Positions 29,708 to 39,087 of a DNA stretch of 45,412 nt are shown piece after piece. The notes beneath the pieces were generated by a model. It ran no database searches and had not been told where the DNA came from. It saw nothing but the letters and a program-made list of their open reading frames with translations. This DNA is from Dehalococcoidia bacterium (GTDB lineage Bacteria; Chloroflexota; Dehalococcoidia; GIF9; UBA5629), in contig JBEKCL010000003.1 of assembly GCA_050014895.1 (NCBI GenBank), forward strand, positions 1 through 45,412, read 5' to 3'. How positions within the stretch are numbered: position 1 is the first letter of the stretch; each line of letters starts with the position of its first letter. Made by a program: the position numbers and the translations under genes.

Positions 29708-30802
29708 CTATATTTTCTTGAACCGTCCGGCAAGCTTCTTCATGACCTGGGGCATGGTGGTATATTCCATTTCTTCCAGCGGAAGCCTGTGCGGTTCGAA
29801 CGGACCATGCCTTCTCAGCATGTCGGCCATATCGAGGGCCTGCTGACGGGCATTATTGAATGCCAGGTCGGCGAACATGTCTACCGGGCCGACCAGTTTG
29901 CCATTGGCAAGCTGAAAGCCGGCTGCTATCACTCTGGGAGGACCGTCGAAACGTGTTGGAACGGCGTCGCTTACTGACACAGGCATGAGGGGGCCGTGGT
30001 GTGAACCGCGCATCCAGCCCTCAACTATATGCGGGCGGGCAAAAGGTTCCAATACCTCGCCGACCGCCGGGAAAATACCCTGTGCCCTGACGATACATAC
30101 CGGATCATCTTTGCCAACGTAGCGTCCTGCCAGCATAGAGAGCTTCTGGGTGGACGAACTGGCGGCTATCTCACCGGTCTCGCGGGAGTAGACGGCCTTG
30201 ACCGAGTACCTTGAAGGCGATCCGATAAAGACCAGCATATCGTAGATCTCCTCGGGGCAGTTGAAGACTATTTTCTTACTCTCTTTGACGTCGTGGACCT
30301 CATACTTGAAGCCACTGTGCATATTGGATGAGATAACCAGGCCGATGGTATTGAAGGGATCACAGAAAATGTGATACAGAGGCAAGTTCCATGCGCCGGA
30401 AGCGGTCTTGTCGGCCATAAATACGATCACAGGCTCAGCTTCGCGCTCATCAATGACCATCTCGGCCACGCCGGGGCCCTGTCCTTTCACATTGCCGGAA
30501 AAAGCGTCGGAAAGCAAATCCTGGCCGGCGCCGTGAAGCTTCAGTTTCTTTGCAATAGCGGTGCAATTTATGAATGTGTCCCAGGCCAGTTTGTGGATTT
30601 TCTTGTCGTCGGTGCCGTGCACATGCGTCATTATGAACTGCAGGTCGTCACCGCATTTGGTTACATGGTAGTCAATGAGAAGCCCTGATTTCTTGGCCTT
30701 GGCCAGGCATCTTTCACCTTCGGCCATTAAGTCGGGATGCATACTGGAATGTCCAACCCATCCTCCGATATCAGCCTTGATCACGCTGAAAGTAACTTTC
30801 AT
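29708..30802 (-). CDS. fbp: Class V fructose-1,6-bisphosphate aldolase/phosphatase
   Basis: IKADIGG..GH, CGDD, GAGQDLL.DAFSGN, YVGKDDP (Schiff-base Lys) and MEYTT motifs. Confidence 0.96.
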   Translation of the reverse strand: MKVTFSVIKADIGGWVGHSSMHPDLMAEGERCLAKAKKSGLLIDYHVTKCGDDLQFIMTHVHGTDDKKIHKLAWDTFINCTAIAKKLKLHGAGQDLLSDAFSGNVKGQGPGVAEMVIDEREAEPVIVFMADKTASGAWNLPLYHIFCDPFNTIGLVISSNMHSGFKYEVHDVKESKKIVFNCPEEIYDMLVFIGSPSRYSVKAVYSRETGEIAASSSTQKLSMLAGRYVGKDDPVCIVRAQGIFPAVGEVLEPFARPHIVEGWMRGSHHGPLMPVSVSDAVPTRFDGPPRVIAAGFQLANGKLVGPVDMFADLAFNNARQQALDMADMLRRHGPFEPHRLPLEEMEYTTMPQVMKKLAGRFKKI

Positions 30803-30941
30803 AAGGCCTCCTTTGAATTTAATTTAATTCGGCACAGCCGAACGGGCAGCATACTAACACAGAAATACTCATTTCGAACCGCTTGCCCGCCCATCCACTG
30901 AAAACTGTGGGTTGGATTTCACTCAATCCGACCAAATCGGA

Positions 30942-30971
30942 ATTTTAACAGAAGACTGAATCTAATGTCAA
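30942..30971 (-). promoter_or_regulatory. fbp promoter
   Basis: TTGACA-N18-TAAAAT with TG extension. Confidence 0.6.
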
Positions 30972-31192
30972 AGATAGAACCACATATTTAGAATTGATGG
31001 AACCCTTAAATATGGCCCGTTTTCATATAAACATGCTAAATCATTAGCAATATCTCTTTCTCCTGAGAAGCAATGAAAAAATCGGAGCTGATAAATTACA
31101 TTGTCCAATTAACCGCCGAGGCTATCGATCTTGCGTTATTATTGGGGCGCAATGCGATATCGTAGCAAGTGCTATAATTTGATCGAGGAGAG

Positions 31193-32242
31193 ATGGTCAT
31201 GGCGGAGGGACTGCTTTACGATAAACTGGATGGGCAACGCGTGCGTTGTAACGTCTGCTTGTGGCGGTGCGTTATAAACCCCGGCAAGACAGGTGTGTGC
31301 GGAGTAAGGCGGAATGAAAACTGGTCGGTCGTGCCGTTGAATTACGCCAAAGTCTCCTCACTGGCCGCTGACCCAATCGAGAAAAAACCTCTATTTCATT
31401 TCTTCCCGGGCAGTTCTGTACTATCCTTTGGCGGAATCGGCTGTAATTACCATTGCCTGCACTGCCAGAACTGGGAAATAGCTTGCGTTGAAGAACCGGA
31501 CAAAGTTCTTAAGAGCATCCGTGAAATTCAACCGGAGGAAGCTGTGCGAATGGCGAAAAGCCGGAAATGTACAGGCCTGGCCTGGACTTACAATGAACCG
31601 GTCATCTGGTTGGAATATACTTTGGATTCAGCCAGGCTGGCGCATGAAAACGGCCTTTATACTGCATTTGTCACCAACGGCTATGCTACTCCCGAAGCGC
31701 TTGACCTGCTCGGCCCCCACCTGGATGCCTGGCGCGTCGATGTCAAAGGCTTTTCTGACAAGCTATACCGGGACCTGGCTAAAATTTCCAACTGGCGCAG
31801 CATTCTCGACGTGGCGGAGAGGGCAAGGCATAATTGGAACATGCATGTCGAGGTGGTTACCAACATAATTCCAACCATGAACGATGACGATGAGCAGTTA
31901 TCCGGCATTGCCCACTGGATCAAGGAAAAACTGGGTGAGCTAACGCCCTGGCATATCACCCGTTTTCACCCATACCGGGATATGGCGCATCTGCCGCCAA
32001 CTCCCATGTCCACGTTAGAGAAAGCTTACAAAATAGGTACGAAAGCCGGTCTGCGATTTATATACATGGGCAATGTACCGGGTAATGCTCATGAAAATAC
32101 GGTCTGCTACAATTGCGGCAAGATCGTTATTGAGAGGATAGGCTACAACACCAGAGTGTCGGGTGTAAAGGACTCATGTTGCGCTTACTGTGGCGCCGAT
32201 TTAAATATCAGGAGTTCGCTAAAGACGGGGGTAATAAAATGA
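31193..32242 (+). CDS. amrS: AmmeMemoRadiSam system radical SAM enzyme
   Basis: N-terminal CxxC..C..C, DPIEKKPLFHF, CNYHCLHCQNW, TYNEP and C-terminal CxxC pairs. Confidence 0.95.
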   Translation: MVMAEGLLYDKLDGQRVRCNVCLWRCVINPGKTGVCGVRRNENWSVVPLNYAKVSSLAADPIEKKPLFHFFPGSSVLSFGGIGCNYHCLHCQNWEIACVEEPDKVLKSIREIQPEEAVRMAKSRKCTGLAWTYNEPVIWLEYTLDSARLAHENGLYTAFVTNGYATPEALDLLGPHLDAWRVDVKGFSDKLYRDLAKISNWRSILDVAERARHNWNMHVEVVTNIIPTMNDDDEQLSGIAHWIKEKLGELTPWHITRFHPYRDMAHLPPTPMSTLEKAYKIGTKAGLRFIYMGNVPGNAHENTVCYNCGKIVIERIGYNTRVSGVKDSCCAYCGADLNIRSSLKTGVIK

Positions 32243-33045
32243 TCAGGGAAGCCGCTGTTGCAGGCCAGTTCTACCCGGCCTGGCCCAAGGAATTGAAGGA
32301 AACGATCAAATTCATGGTGGATAAAGAAGCCGCCAAAGTGGATGCCATAGGCGTTGTATCTCCCCATGCCGGCTATATTTACTCGGGGCCCGTGGCGGGC
32401 GCTGTATTCTCCCGTATAAAATTTAAAAATACGTTTATCCTGATAGGGCCTAATCACCGCGGAATGGGCAAGCATTTAAGTATTATGACAGGCGGGAGTT
32501 GGAAAACTCCAATGGGAGAAGTAGAAATCAATACCGAGATGGCACAGGCTATTTTAGAAGCATCCGATAATCTCGAGGAAGACAGTCTGGCTCACCGCTA
32601 TGAACATTCCCTTGAAGTACAGGTGCCGTTTTTGCAGTATTTCAAGCCTGACATAATGATAGTTCCTATCGTACTGTCACAGGCCGCACCGCCGATATAC
32701 GAGGAGATAGGACGTGCGATAGCAAAGGTGTTGAAAAAGTCCGGCAATGACGCAGTGATTGTAGCGAGCAGTGATATGACGCACTACGAACCACACGAGA
32801 AGGCGAAGGAAAAAGATAAAAAAGCTATTGAAGCCATCCTCGACCTGGATACGGCCGAACTTGTAAAACGCATTGAACGGTACAACATCACAATGTGCGG
32901 TTATGCTCCGGCTATAAGTCTCATCACCGCTGCCAAAGACCTGGGAGCAAGGAAGACTGAGTTGGTTAAATACATGACAAGTGGCGACACTTCAGGGGAC
33001 TTCTCGAGTGTAGTAGGATATGCCGGCATAATAATCAGCAGGTAG
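32239..33045 (+). CDS. amrB: AmmeMemoRadiSam system protein B (MEMO1 family)
   Basis: [39 protein letters not shown] and VGYA motifs; ATGA overlap with amrS. Confidence 0.95.
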   Translation: MIREAAVAGQFYPAWPKELKETIKFMVDKEAAKVDAIGVVSPHAGYIYSGPVAGAVFSRIKFKNTFILIGPNHRGMGKHLSIMTGGSWKTPMGEVEINTEMAQAILEASDNLEEDSLAHRYEHSLEVQVPFLQYFKPDIMIVPIVLSQAAPPIYEEIGRAIAKVLKKSGNDAVIVASSDMTHYEPHEKAKEKDKKAIEAILDLDTAELVKRIERYNITMCGYAPAISLITAAKDLGARKTELVKYMTSGDTSGDFSSVVGYAGIIISR

Positions 33046-33055
33046 GAATGCAGAT

Positions 33056-33571
33056 ATGAATAAGGAAATGCATCCGCTGGTCCAACTGGCAAAAAAAGCT
33101 GTGGAAAGCTATGTGAAAAACCATGAATTGGTCAGGGTACAGGAGCTGTCGCCGGAAATGAAAACAGAGGCAGGCGTCTTCGTATCCCTCAAAAGACATG
33201 GGCAATTGCGGGGCTGTATAGGCACGTCCGAGCCAATCCAGTCGAATGTCGCCGAAGAAATTATACAGAATGCCATTTCTGCGGCGGTCAGGGACCCGAG
33301 GTTTGACCCTGTCAGGCCTGATGAGCTGGCTGATCTGGAGTACAGCGTGGATGTATTGACACCCCCGGAGCCGGTGAAGAGCAAGGCTGAGCTTGATCCC
33401 AAGAAGTACGGTTTAATTGTTCAGTGCGGCTACAGGCGTGGCTTGCTATTACCCGACCTGGCAGGTGTTAAAGACGTACAGACGCAAATAGATATATGCT
33501 TGCAGAAAGGCGGCATTTCCAGCACCGAGCCTGTCAAACTTTATCGCTTCAAAGTCAATAGATACAAGTAG
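33056..33571 (+). CDS. amrA: AmmeMemoRadiSam system protein A (AMMECR1 family)
   Basis: GVFVS, LRGCIGT, DPRF and GLLLP motifs. Confidence 0.95.
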   Translation: MNKEMHPLVQLAKKAVESYVKNHELVRVQELSPEMKTEAGVFVSLKRHGQLRGCIGTSEPIQSNVAEEIIQNAISAAVRDPRFDPVRPDELADLEYSVDVLTPPEPVKSKAELDPKKYGLIVQCGYRRGLLLPDLAGVKDVQTQIDICLQKGGISSTEPVKLYRFKVNRYK

Positions 33572-33600
33572 TAAATAAATAGCGGTTGTAATAGTCCTGT

Positions 33601-33627
33601 CTATTTGTTATGTTATATAACAAATAG
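33601..33627. promoter_or_regulatory. Inverted repeat abutting the RBS of the CetZ-like gene
   Basis: CTATTTGTTAT-gttat-ATAACAAATAG; overlaps the start of AGGAGG. Confidence 0.55.
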
Positions 33628-33639
33628 GAGGCCGATCAT

Positions 33640-34749
33640 ATGAAGTTGGTAGTAATCGGCATCGGTGATTGTGGCAGCAATATTGCAGCGGAATTTGTCC
33701 GCCTTAATAGCAGGGCCAGGTCCGAGACCGGGGTAGAAGTAATTGTACGGTCTTATGCCATCAACGACGACTTGGTAGCTTTGAACGCACTGCGCAAGGT
33801 TGGAGACAAGCTTCTTACCATACAATTGCCTGCGCCCTCTTCTTCCGGTAAGGAATCTGAGATAGGGGCTGAGCTGATGAAGGCCAACGGCGACCGCATC
33901 ATTGCCACCATGAGGGCAGGGGAGTTCTTCGAGACGGATGCCTTTATGCTGGTGGCGGGCAGCGCCGGCTTTATAGGTTCCGGCGGAATATCGATCCTGG
34001 CCCGGAAACTGAAGGAAAGGTATGTTAATAAACCGGTTTATGCCCTGATCGTGCTTCCCTTAAGCGCTGAAAGCAATATCCCAACAAGTGTTTACAACAC
34101 AGCTCTATGTTTGAAATCCATCGACAAAACGGCGGACGCGGTATTTTTGTTCGACAATGAGAAAGTCAGGTCCGAAGCCAGTATAAAGTCGGCTGCCAGC
34201 AACGATGCCGTTAACCGCGAAATTGTGACGCCATTCTTTGAGTTACTTCGCGCCAGTGAAAAAGTTGACCCCAAATTCCTGGGAACAAGCAACATAGGCA
34301 TCGGTGATATTGTACAATCGCTCAATGGCTGGACAGCCATCGGTTACGGTACAGCTCAGATATCTTCCGGCGGCTTGTCCCTGTTTAAAAATCGCGATAA
34401 TTTCGAACATAAAGGTGAAGAAACCGTGAAGGCCATGGAAGCGATGAGTGCCGCTTTGAGCCATTTCTCGATAGACTGCAAACTGGAAAATGCCCGTAAG
34501 GCTTTATACCTGATGTGCGTGCCAAGTAAAAATGCCAATATTAACATGACCAGGTCAGTGGGAAACAGGCTCCGCGAACTAACCAATAACGGTGAGGTGA
34601 GGGGAGGAGATTTCTACGGTGTAAAAGATCACGCAGCGGTTACGCTGGTGGCTTCCAGGATAAACTACCTGGAGAAAATCAAAGACTATTATGAACGGGC
34701 TTCCATAATGGCGCCGGACCTCAAAAAGCGAGAGACACAGTCGCCATGA
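33640..34749 (+). CDS. Tubulin/FtsZ superfamily protein, CetZ-like, with degenerate GTP-binding motifs
   Basis: MKLVVIGIG, ETDAF, LKERY..PVYAL.VLP, FDN, N.EIV..F, IGYG and EVRGGD are collinear with archaeal CetZ. Confidence 0.85.
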   Translation: MKLVVIGIGDCGSNIAAEFVRLNSRARSETGVEVIVRSYAINDDLVALNALRKVGDKLLTIQLPAPSSSGKESEIGAELMKANGDRIIATMRAGEFFETDAFMLVAGSAGFIGSGGISILARKLKERYVNKPVYALIVLPLSAESNIPTSVYNTALCLKSIDKTADAVFLFDNEKVRSEASIKSAASNDAVNREIVTPFFELLRASEKVDPKFLGTSNIGIGDIVQSLNGWTAIGYGTAQISSGGLSLFKNRDNFEHKGEETVKAMEAMSAALSHFSIDCKLENARKALYLMCVPSKNANINMTRSVGNRLRELTNNGEVRGGDFYGVKDHAAVTLVASRINYLEKIKDYYERASIMAPDLKKRETQSP

Positions 34750-36122
34750 CTCTCTTCGACCTCGGCTCTCCTGATCTACATGGTAAAAAGGCCGCCGGGG
34801 ACAAAGCAGGACCACCTCCCAAATCAGCCATGCCCCTGGCCGCGCGCATGCGCCCGCGTAATTTCAGTGAATATGTCGGTCAGCAGCATATTATCGGCGA
34901 AGGTAAAGTACTGCGAAAGGCCATTGAAGCAGACCAGCTACCGTCGATAATTCTATGGGGTCCCCCGGGCAGCGGCAAGACGACACTGGCGCAGGTAATA
35001 GCCAATGTATCGAGCTCTTATTATGTACACATGAGTGCGGTTACCGCCGGTGTGGCTGACCTGCGCAAGGTGGTTGACGAAGCACGCAGGCGTGGTAAAG
35101 AGACCGGACAACGCACAATACTGTTCATCGACGAGATCCATCGCTTTAATAAAAGCCAGCAGGATGCAGTGCTCCCTTTTGTCGAAAATGGTGAGGTGAC
35201 GTTCATCGGTGCGACCACCGAGAACCCCTCGTTCGAAGTGATTTCGGCTTTGCTGTCGCGCTCACGTGTTTTCACGTTAAATGCCCTGACTGATGATGAA
35301 ATCCGGACTATTGTTGAAAGGTCCTTGAAGGACACGGAAAATGGACTGGGGACGATGAACAACGATGTTGCTCCAGATGCACTCCAGCAACTGGTAACAC
35401 TATCGAACGGGGATGCGCGGGTGGCGCTCAACGCTCTTGAGATGGCTGCTCAGGCGGTAAAGCCTGATAAAGATGGGATACGGCATATTAGCCTGAATGA
35501 CATTGAAGAATCGATGCAGAAGCGGGCATTGCTCTACGATAAGGCCGGCGATCAGCATTACGATCTGATTTCCGCCCTGCACAAAACGCTGAGGGGCTCC
35601 GACCCGGATGCTGCACTCTACTGGATGGGAAGGATGCTTGAAGCGGGCGAGGACCCCCTGTATATAGTGCGAAGACTGATACGTTTCGCTTCTGAAGATG
35701 TGGGAATGGCCGATCCGCAAGCGCTGGTAATTTGCATGGCTGCCCAGCAGGCAGTGCATTTCGTCGGCATGCCGGAATGCAACCTGGCGCTGGCAGAAGC
35801 TGTTGTATACCTTGCGACCGCTCCTAAAAGCAATTCTTTATATTCAGCTTATTCGAACGTGCAGCAGGATGTAGAGCGCACACGCAACGACCCCGTTCCC
35901 CTGCACCTGCGCAACGCGCCCACACGCCTGATGAAGGACATGGGCTATGGTAAAGGGTACAAGTATGCTCATAATTTTGAAGGCCATTTCGTCGAGCAGC
36001 AAAATCTGCCGGAATCAATGAAGAACAAACGCTATTATTTTCCGTCAGACCAGGGGTTTGAAAAAACCATTTTGGTGAGGTTGAAGGCCTGGTGGGGAGA
36101 ACGGATGGGAGACAAGAAATGA
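34746..36122 (+). CDS. rarA: Replication-associated recombination protein A (AAA+ ATPase)
   Basis: PLAARMRP, GPPGSGKTT, FIDEIHRFNK, GATTENP, RGSDPDA, ASEDVG and PKSNS motifs. Confidence 0.97.
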   Translation: MTLFDLGSPDLHGKKAAGDKAGPPPKSAMPLAARMRPRNFSEYVGQQHIIGEGKVLRKAIEADQLPSIILWGPPGSGKTTLAQVIANVSSSYYVHMSAVTAGVADLRKVVDEARRRGKETGQRTILFIDEIHRFNKSQQDAVLPFVENGEVTFIGATTENPSFEVISALLSRSRVFTLNALTDDEIRTIVERSLKDTENGLGTMNNDVAPDALQQLVTLSNGDARVALNALEMAAQAVKPDKDGIRHISLNDIEESMQKRALLYDKAGDQHYDLISALHKTLRGSDPDAALYWMGRMLEAGEDPLYIVRRLIRFASEDVGMADPQALVICMAAQQAVHFVGMPECNLALAEAVVYLATAPKSNSLYSAYSNVQQDVERTRNDPVPLHLRNAPTRLMKDMGYGKGYKYAHNFEGHFVEQQNLPESMKNKRYYFPSDQGFEKTILVRLKAWWGERMGDKK

Positions 36123-36772
36123 AACCGGAGCATGTCACTTTTCCATGCGGCAAAATAAATCTTGAAGGGGTCTTTTTCGGGAATGGGGCTAAAGGGCCGC
36201 TGCCGGCAGTGGTTGTCTGCCATCCACATCCGCAATATGGCGGCTCAATGAGCAATAACGTGACTCATGCCATAGCCGGAGCGTTAGCGACGGTGATGGT
36301 TAACGCCTTCCTTTTTAATTTTCGAGGGGTCGGGGCAAGTGGCGGCAGCTACGGAGGAGGCATAAAAGAGCAGCAGGACGTTGTAGCTGCGCTGGACTGG
36401 CTCCAAAAAAGGCCTGATGTGAATCCGGCAAAGCTCGGCCTGGCGGGTTATTCTTTCGGCGCTGGCGTTGTATTTCCGGTTACCTGTTCTGATGAGCGCG
36501 TGCAGGGTGTCGCCCTGGTTTCGCCCTATTTCGAAGATGCGCAGGAGAGCCTGCTGAGCGGCTGCGCCATACCGAAGCTGATTATGGGAGGTAGTGAAGA
36601 CAAGGTGGTTTCAGCGGATACTGTCCTGCTTTATGGCCGCCAGGCTGCTGAACCGAAGCAGGTGGAAATAATAAAGGGTCCCGACCATTTTTGGAACGGC
36701 TTTGAAGATATGATGGCTGAGAACGTCGCAGAGTTTTTTAACGGTCTATTTTCGAAAAATCAGGGTATGTAG
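36119..36772 (+). CDS. Alpha/beta hydrolase
   Basis: HPHPQYGGSM.N, FNFRGVG.S.G, GYSFG and DHF motifs; ATGA overlap with rarA. Confidence 0.9.
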   Translation: MKPEHVTFPCGKINLEGVFFGNGAKGPLPAVVVCHPHPQYGGSMSNNVTHAIAGALATVMVNAFLFNFRGVGASGGSYGGGIKEQQDVVAALDWLQKRPDVNPAKLGLAGYSFGAGVVFPVTCSDERVQGVALVSPYFEDAQESLLSGCAIPKLIMGGSEDKVVSADTVLLYGRQAAEPKQVEIIKGPDHFWNGFEDMMAENVAEFFNGLFSKNQGM

Positions 36773-38076
36773 CCCTTGCTTTGCATTTTACGTAGCCCAT
36801 CGTTGGCCGCGTCAATCAGTTGCTGGTCGGTCGACAGTTTGATAGCCTGTTTCAGGTCCTCGGCAGAGAGGTAATACCAGCTGTTGTCCTTTTTCATGAC
36901 AGCCAGTATTTCATAAGCTACGGCGCGGTTTATATAAGCCTCGGCAATTGTGGGGTCGAGCTTGATAGCCTGGGTCAGTACATTGATACCCTCTTCAACG
37001 TCGCCATTGACTGTGAGAAACTCGCCCAGGCTTACCTGTGCCGGTGCGTATTTAGGATTCAACTCAACGGCCTTTCTTACGTCGGCAACCGCCTGGGTAA
37101 GCTGCTGCTTGCCCCTATAGGCAATTGCGCGCTCGAGATACATGCCGTCCAGGTCGTATTTAAATGGGCCAAAAGAATCTGAATCGGAGCTGCCTTCCAG
37201 CGCAATGGAGCGGTTAAGGTCTTTCAACGCAGCGTCGAAGTCCTGGTTGGCGTTATTGACATTGCCGCGGTAATAGTAGGCCATGGCATCGCTGTCATCA
37301 ATCTCAATGGATTTGTTCAAATCGGCCAACGCCCGTGCGGAGTCTTTTTTATCAACATACAGTAGCCCGCGGAACTTATAAGCCTGCGCCATATCGGGGT
37401 CCTTTTCGATAGCGTTGTTAAAACTGCTCAAAGCATCCGTGAGGTTATCCGAAAGAAGATCAATCTGCCCGCGGTAATTATAGGCCGGGGCAAGGTTAGG
37501 GTTGATATTTAGTGTGGTGTCCATATCAGCTGCAGCGTTCTTCATATCACCTTTAGCATAATAAGCGACACCCCGGTTGTAATACGCGTCATACAGTTTT
37601 GGGTCGAGTGCGACGGCCTTGCTTGCTGCATCGATGGCTTTGTCCCAGTCCTGTTTGTGTACGTAGAGCCAGCTTAGATTCGAATAGGCCAATGTGGACT
37701 TGGGATCCAACTGGATTGTTTTGTTAAGATCGGCGATGGCGAGATCGTACTTTTCCTTGGCCAGGTAAGCGAAAGCGCGGTTCTGATAGTTGTCCGCACG
37801 GTTGGGATCAAGTTCGATGGCTTTTGTCAGGTCCGCTATTGCCAGGTCCCACTCGGCCCGGGCGTTGTAAACCGCTCCCCTATGGGTATAGGCGGTCACA
37901 AGATTTGGATTACGTTCGATGGCCTTGGAGTATTCTGCGAGCGCTTCAACGAATTGGCCCTGGTCATAATATGTGTCACCCTGCCTCAGATACTCGGTCG
38001 TCGGATCACTGCCGCAGGCCGTGAAAAGGATAACAATAGAAATAAGTACAGCAACAAGGTTGCCTATTTTTTTCAT
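36760..38076 (-). CDS. TPR-repeat lipoprotein
   Basis: Signal peptide with lipobox FTAC; about 11 TPR units (AY.NRG..Y, A.AD..KAI.L.P). Confidence 0.9.
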   Translation of the reverse strand: MKKIGNLVAVLISIVILFTACGSDPTTEYLRQGDTYYDQGQFVEALAEYSKAIERNPNLVTAYTHRGAVYNARAEWDLAIADLTKAIELDPNRADNYQNRAFAYLAKEKYDLAIADLNKTIQLDPKSTLAYSNLSWLYVHKQDWDKAIDAASKAVALDPKLYDAYYNRGVAYYAKGDMKNAAADMDTTLNINPNLAPAYNYRGQIDLLSDNLTDALSSFNNAIEKDPDMAQAYKFRGLLYVDKKDSARALADLNKSIEIDDSDAMAYYYRGNVNNANQDFDAALKDLNRSIALEGSSDSDSFGPFKYDLDGMYLERAIAYRGKQQLTQAVADVRKAVELNPKYAPAQVSLGEFLTVNGDVEEGINVLTQAIKLDPTIAEAYINRAVAYEILAVMKKDNSWYYLSAEDLKQAIKLSTDQQLIDAANDGLRKMQSKGYIP

Positions 38077-38208
38077 CGAAATTACACCTTTCAATTAAGA
38101 TCATACCGGCAGCTTGTTTTGGTTTAGCTATCCGGACGGTATGCCCGGGCAGGCCGGCAATTAATATAGCATAGCAAATATTAACGCATTGCGGAAAAAT
38201 CGGGTTTT

Positions 38209-38778
38209 CTAATGGGACAATAGCTTCTTAGACTTGACCAGTATATCGATTTGCCTGTGCAGGTCATCGATAGTGCCGTTGTTTTTCAGAGCGTAATTGG
38301 CCATAGCGGCGGTTTTATCGACATGGAAGACCTCTTCTTCGCCGCACTCCTGGACCAGGAATTCCTCGAATTTTTCAGGGTCCCTGGCCTCATGCCGCTT
38401 CAGAATACGTTGAAAACGTAATTTGGTATCGGCCACGTCTACCCGAAGCAGGATGAAACCGTTGCCGAACATTTCTTTCAAAATATGCACGTCGGCAGGG
38501 GCGCGAATTCCGCTGATTCCGGCTGTCTTCCAGCCATTCTTCTTTATTTCATCCGCTACCATTCTGACAAAACAACCCTTTCCCATCTCGATGAAACATC
38601 TCTCCGAGATGATCTCCAGGTTTTCCCTGGTTGGCGCCACGCCTTCTTTAGCCGCGAGATCGCGCACCAGATCGCCGGTGGAGATGAATGGTATGCCATA
38701 TTTAGCCTTGAGGTACTTGAGGACCTCATCCTTGCCGGACCCTATCTTGCCTACAACCCCGATGACTCTTGTAACCAT
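38209..38778 (-). CDS. P-loop nucleotide kinase, dephospho-CoA-kinase-like (archaeal UPF0200-like)
   Basis: VIGVVGKIGSGK, STGDLVR, GIR and NNGT motifs; probable start ATG 38778. Confidence 0.75.
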   Translation of the reverse strand: MVTRVIGVVGKIGSGKDEVLKYLKAKYGIPFISTGDLVRDLAAKEGVAPTRENLEIISERCFIEMGKGCFVRMVADEIKKNGWKTAGISGIRAPADVHILKEMFGNGFILLRVDVADTKLRFQRILKRHEARDPEKFEEFLVQECGEEEVFHVDKTAAMANYALKNNGTIDDLHRQIDILVKSKKLLSH

Positions 38779-38973
38779 AAGTGTCCTAATATTAAATCCA
38801 CCCGAACGCCCGGTCAAGTGTAGCGAGAAAATATTGAAATATGTGATTAACTCTGAATCCGGCATACGTCAAAGTGTGTACAGCGTAAAAAGTCATAATC
38901 ATTATTAAATTGAAAATTATCATTTGTTCAGAATTTCGATCGTGTGGTCTGAGATTTCCTGTACTTAACCATA

Positions 38974-39002
38974 TTGACAATACAGCGTCTACATGATAAA
39001 AA
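38974..39002 (+). promoter_or_regulatory. Putative promoter of the MaoC pair
   Basis: TTGACA-N17-TAAAAA with TG extension. Confidence 0.4.
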
Positions 39003-39087
39003 GTTGAGGCCACGGGTCAATAGATAAACTGAAAAAAATGCAGGCCGATGCCCGCGTGTATTACATTATGGAGGTAATAATACAAAT

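Noticed and set aside
33640-34749. Calling this gene canonical ftsZ or a plasmid/phage TubZ
   Set aside because: It lacks the FtsZ NxDxxD loop, C-terminal core peptide and dcw context; there is no TubR/centromere or mobile-element context; the motifs match CetZ
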